NCBI GenBank assembly: GCA_004764695.1
Contig: SMSO01000005.1
Span: forward strand, 1,488,001 to 1,552,000
Source of the DNA: Schizochytrium sp. TIO01
Lineage: Eukaryota > Protista > Bigyra: Labyrinthulomycetes
Length of the DNA: 64,000 bases
Direction of reading: 5' to 3'
Shown: positions 60,020-64,000 of the stretch, one piece after another
How positions within the stretch are numbered: the stretch's first letter is position 1
How the letters are laid out: the number at the start of each line of letters is the position of its first letter
Program-made: the position numbers and the translations under genes
The notes under the pieces: model-generated
What the model was told of the DNA's origin: nothing
Seen by the model: the letters and a program-made list of their open reading frames with translations, nothing else
The model's database searches: none

Positions 60020-63000
60020 ATGGAAAGCATCGATGACAACTTACGAAGAAGGCAGGAACAATATGAGCAACAGGACCAACAACAAGAACGTCATGAGTTT
60101 GAGAGAGAGCAGCTACCGGATTTACACTCGCGCCGTCATCGCTATCCTCTCCATCTTCGGGTGGAGTCACCACCGGAAAGCCCCAGATTCGCTGTCGTAG
60201 GTGATGAAGCTGGCGATGATGGCGACCTTAGCAACAACAAAGACGAAATTTATCGAGCTATTAACGAAGCGGGTTTCGACAGCCTACGGGGAAGTTATGA
60301 AGTACCTGGGTCAACACAAGATGTTGGATTCCAGAGAGGGTCAGGAAGCCTCGTTTATATTGGTGAAGTTGTTGCCTCGAGCATCTATCAGGGCATCGGT
60401 CTATCAACGAGCAGAAATCGTCAGGTACATGATCGCACAAAACTCTCAGTGCACCAAGGTAGTAACAAAAAACCTTTTACATTGCTTCAACTGAAAATCA
60501 TTTCCAGTGTTCCAAGTGAAGCTTTACTCGTTCACCTTTATGAGGTAGACGAAGAATGCAACTTTACCCTAAGGATGCGCTCTTCGACTTCGATTGAAAT
60601 GTACCCAGATCAAAAATGGGAAGACATTGCAGAAACCATGATTAAAACTCGCTTTCCTCGTCTTGCAAGGTTTCCAGTCAAGTTTATTAACTCAAAGACT
60701 CGTAGAGAGTCTGCCGGAAGTGTAACTAAGTTTTTTGATAGCAGTAAAAGCTTGGCAGATATAGAGGAAACCAAAGACGAAGAAGAGGACTGTCTGTCTC
60801 AATCTGCAGAAAGCGAGAGTAAAACAACAAAAATAGGTGCAATGACATCCAACTCAAGGTCTTCTGCAGCAAGTAGTGTATCAGTTGGCGTATCGGAACC
60901 GGAGGGTCTACCAAGCCCAAGACAAAGTATTCTTATCTATTCTCCCAGAGGAGCTTCCAATGAAATCATAGTTGATCTCTGCCCAGAAGCAGTTGAAGCT
61001 CTATCAGGTCCAGGGGATGTGATCAAATCTACTTTTTATTGCCCCCGCATGGAGCGTGAGCGACATTTTGTTTGGCAGTGGACAAAAGACGGTCTTGTAC
61101 GATCTCCTCTGACACATAACATCGGCGGCATACAGATGAGTAGCATACCTACCCCGATATTCCACACAAGTGAGGATAGCCTCGCTTTAATCCCCCCCCC
61201 AATGGCTGCTCTACCAGGGAGGGCACCGCCTTTGTCTTCAACATTCATTTTTGATCTCGATGCATCTACAACAAACGGCCTTATTCCTATTAATGTTCTC
61301 CGTAATGCATTATTGAACCGCTGGAAGTTTGACGCAAGGCTCGTGGAGAATGAGATTCTTTATGACGTACAAGCTTCACCAGACAGCGAAAGCGACGGTG
61401 TTGGCCCAAGCTTGATCACTAAAATCAACACTCGCTTGAGAAATCACATTCTGGAAGGAGATACAGAAAATATTGATGAAGGTACCCGGGAAGTCATTCT
61501 AGCATTGTTTCCGTTTGCGTGTAGAGTAAGCCTTGAGTCACTGAGCGGGGGTTTTAGTGGAGCAAAAGTTTACAGATGCGTCAACACAAACTGGGACGGC
61601 CTACAAGAGATCCCATCTGTTGTCAAGGTTGACGATGGCAATTCTTTGGATGATGAATATAATCGCATGGTTGAAATTACACCGTTACTAGGAGAAAATG
61701 CACCGCGTATTCTCGCAAGGTCTTCCCATGGTCCTCTGAGCGCCCTTCGAATTGAGCTTTGTGGCGCTACATGGTGTCTCCCAGGTGCAGGAGCGTATAA
61801 TACACAAATTGCAACGTTTCGAAAACTATTTACGTCAGAAATGTTGAGACTGGTTCACACAAACTCTCGTGTTAAATCATACGTGGCGCACCGCCGGGGA
61901 AGGCCGTTCCATGCATCTACTACAGAATTACCATATTACCATGGAAATGGCAGCAAGGAACTCCCAGTGGTTTCCCCCCCTCGTAGGATGATTGCACGTG
62001 CAACAAGCGATTCGGTCACCCCAAAGGATTTTGACATTACAGTTCCAGCGTTAACAGGAGGAGAACGGCGTAAGGTTATGAGACAACGTTCTTTTACATC
62101 CGAGCTCCAAGCTGGCCCAACCTCGAGCGTTTTAAAGCATCGCATCCTTCAACGTTCATCAACCATTTCAAGTGGTTCAAACGGACAATCTGCATTCGAT
62201 GATTACAGTATACTTTTTGGTGAAATTGAGACGGTTATTGGCGAGGTATTTGGAACAATCTTACATCAAGGAGCCACAGATAAGGCTCGAATCGAAGAAA
62301 AAAGCCTATTCAGTGATGACGGTTATCCTATCGCTGCTGCTATACGACAAAATATTATTGACCGTGAGAATGATCCAGTTGCTGATCTATTCATCGGCAG
62401 GGATGCTCGTGCAATGGTTAAAATATGGACAGGTGTCGACCGCATGGATGTGAAAGAGTACTTTGAGCAATTCGCCACCATCCTTCAACGCTATGAACTT
62501 GATCAATCAACGAAACATCGTCTTATGGGGCATGTTCATGGTGATTTAAATGGAGCGAACATTCTCATTGACGGTGAAAGTATCGTGTGGCTAATCGACT
62601 TTGCTTTTTCAGGGTATCGTCCAGTTCTTACTGACTTGATGAAGCTTGAGAACACTATTTTGTTCGAGTACACTCCACTCCAAACATCTAAGGATCGTGG
62701 TATTGCAATCGATGATTTCATCAAGGTCATCCGTGCTCTGATTCACACGGATTTGGTTGAGCTTCCTCCTTTGACGTCGTTACTTTCAGACAGCAAGTCA
62801 ACTGAACACCTTGCCATTGACCAGCTTTGGAGTGTACTTCAGCGCCTTCGACAGCACGTGGTGAGCTTTTGTGCAAAGGATCCCAGACCAGAATACTTAC
62901 ACGCCGGGCGTCTGTTTTATGCGCTGAAAACGCTGGCCTTTCGCGATGTTTCTATTGAGCAGAAGAAACTAGCCCTTGGAAGCGCGTTGGGCCATGCAAG

Positions 63001-64000
63001 CCGACTTGCCAGCATTCTGGCGCCCGGTTCGCTTGGGCCCGTGCGACATCTTCAAGTATTTACCTCATTTACTGAACATAACCCTATCGATGCTCGGGTG
63101 CATGCATATCAGATGAGCTTAGAGCGCGAACAGGTGAAGCATTTCACAATCGTAGGTTCCAAAGATTCAGCATTTGTAGACCCGGTTTCCCAGAATCGGT
63201 TGTCCGTCCTCAAAGAATGTGTACGCTTAGATATATGCGAACATTCTCTTGGTGTCAATGAAGAACCTCCAACAACACGCCACAAGTTGTCAGTACGCGA
63301 AATGATGGAATATTTGTGGGCAGTTCGCGAGGTTTGCGAAAACACCACTGATTGTCAACCTTTCAAGAACGAAATATGTCCTTCCGACATCCCCGCTCTA
63401 TGCGCGAATCAGCGATTACGTGAGGACTACGAGCAGCTAGGAGCAACGTCAAGCCTGCAAGAGGTACTTGAATTAACTCTCAAACCTTTGGTATCTCTTG
63501 CAGTTAATATGCAATATGTGCCTGTAGCAGAGTTTTTTCGTCGCTTTATGTTTACGCTAGTCTATCTGGAAGGAATAAACAACCCTGCTGGAGCTTCATC
63601 ACCAAATACACAGTTACTTCGACGAGCTTCTCTAGCCGTGGCATCTGAGCTGGATTCACAATTGTATGATGTTTTGGCTGAGGTTTCCAAGCTATTTCCG
63701 TCTGATGTGCGATTGACTGATGTACGACACCTCGTAATTTTAGGTGGACCTGCCAGTGGCAAGAGTGTTCTTTTACGTCAGATCCTTGTACGACTATCTA
63801 TAGCCCAGAATCATCGCTCTCCTATTGCTCTAGTTCCACTCCGTATTCGCCTTATTGACATGGCTCGCCTCATTGAAGAACACAAACTCACCGAGAACGA
63901 CGACCTCATCATGTGCTACCTTGCAAATGCGTATGGCGCAATGTCAATGAAATTATCCTACTTTCGGTCTATTTTATTCTCAGGTAGAGTTCTTTTGCTA
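60020..64000 (+). CDS. Large (at least 1327 aa, 3'-partial) protein: unknown N-terminus, APH-like/TCAD9-type kinase and NACHT-like STAND NTPase
   Basis: Hand translation from ATG 60020 is stop-free to the window end. LSGGFSGAKVY at 61541, SVVKVD, HGDLNGANIL at 62537, WLIDFA (D at 62597), Walker A LVILGGPASGKS (G at 63743), VPLRIRL, and GRVLLL at the edge. Confidence 0.85.
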   Translation, partial: MESIDDNLRRRQEQYEQQDQQQERHEFEREQLPDLHSRRHRYPLHLRVESPPESPRFAVVGDEAGDDGDLSNNKDEIYRAINEAGFDSLRGSYEVPGSTQDVGFQRGSGSLVYIGEVVASSIYQGIGLSTSRNRQVHDRTKLSVHQGSNKKPFTLLQLKIISSVPSEALLVHLYEVDEECNFTLRMRSSTSIEMYPDQKWEDIAETMIKTRFPRLARFPVKFINSKTRRESAGSVTKFFDSSKSLADIEETKDEEEDCLSQSAESESKTTKIGAMTSNSRSSAASSVSVGVSEPEGLPSPRQSILIYSPRGASNEIIVDLCPEAVEALSGPGDVIKSTFYCPRMERERHFVWQWTKDGLVRSPLTHNIGGIQMSSIPTPIFHTSEDSLALIPPPMAALPGRAPPLSSTFIFDLDASTTNGLIPINVLRNALLNRWKFDARLVENEILYDVQASPDSESDGVGPSLITKINTRLRNHILEGDTENIDEGTREVILALFPFACRVSLESLSGGFSGAKVYRCVNTNWDGLQEIPSVVKVDDGNSLDDEYNRMVEITPLLGENAPRILARSSHGPLSALRIELCGATWCLPGAGAYNTQIATFRKLFTSEMLRLVHTNSRVKSYVAHRRGRPFHASTTELPYYHGNGSKELPVVSPPRRMIARATSDSVTPKDFDITVPALTGGERRKVMRQRSFTSELQAGPTSSVLKHRILQRSSTISSGSNGQSAFDDYSILFGEIETVIGEVFGTILHQGATDKARIEEKSLFSDDGYPIAAAIRQNIIDRENDPVADLFIGRDARAMVKIWTGVDRMDVKEYFEQFATILQRYELDQSTKHRLMGHVHGDLNGANILIDGESIVWLIDFAFSGYRPVLTDLMKLENTILFEYTPLQTSKDRGIAIDDFIKVIRALIHTDLVELPPLTSLLSDSKSTEHLAIDQLWSVLQRLRQHVVSFCAKDPRPEYLHAGRLFYALKTLAFRDVSIEQKKLALGSALGHASRLASILAPGSLGPVRHLQVFTSFTEHNPIDARVHAYQMSLEREQVKHFTIVGSKDSAFVDPVSQNRLSVLKECVRLDICEHSLGVNEEPPTTRHKLSVREMMEYLWAVREVCENTTDCQPFKNEICPSDIPALCANQRLREDYEQLGATSSLQEVLELTLKPLVSLAVNMQYVPVAEFFRRFMFTLVYLEGINNPAGASSPNTQLLRRASLAVASELDSQLYDVLAEVSKLFPSDVRLTDVRHLVILGGPASGKSVLLRQILVRLSIAQNHRSPIALVPLRIRLIDMARLIEEHKLTENDDLIMCYLANAYGAMSMKLSYFRSILFSGRVLLL

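Overview
Eukaryotic, intron-poor, gene-dense chromosome segment. The gene repertoire, GT-AG introns, microsatellite-rich intergenic DNA and adhesin/7TM families suggest a stramenopile protist, probably a thraustochytrid/labyrinthulomycete (inference). It carries about 19 protein genes. Recognisable housekeeping genes: COG4, a DnaJ protein, PRP17/CDC40, a TTL-family ligase, a CID protein, glutaminyl cyclase, JMJD5/KDM8-like, VPS36, TBCB and a thiolase. The most notable feature is missing from the supplied ORF track because it runs off the right edge. It is an open frame from 60020 to beyond 64000 (at least 1327 codons) that fuses an APH-like/TCAD9-type kinase to a NACHT-like STAND NTPase, an NLR-like architecture known mainly from prokaryotic conflict systems. 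Other oddities: a 2OG-oxygenase/zinc-finger/ankyrin fusion, a degenerate 5-phosphatase-LIM fusion, a DUF3427/SRA-like protein, a vWA-PAN mucin adhesin, a stop-riddled relic ORF beside an A-rich repeat patch, a U1-like motif series, and six single-base frame breaks in four otherwise intact genes (probably assembly indels). All translations and domain calls were made by eye; no searches were run.
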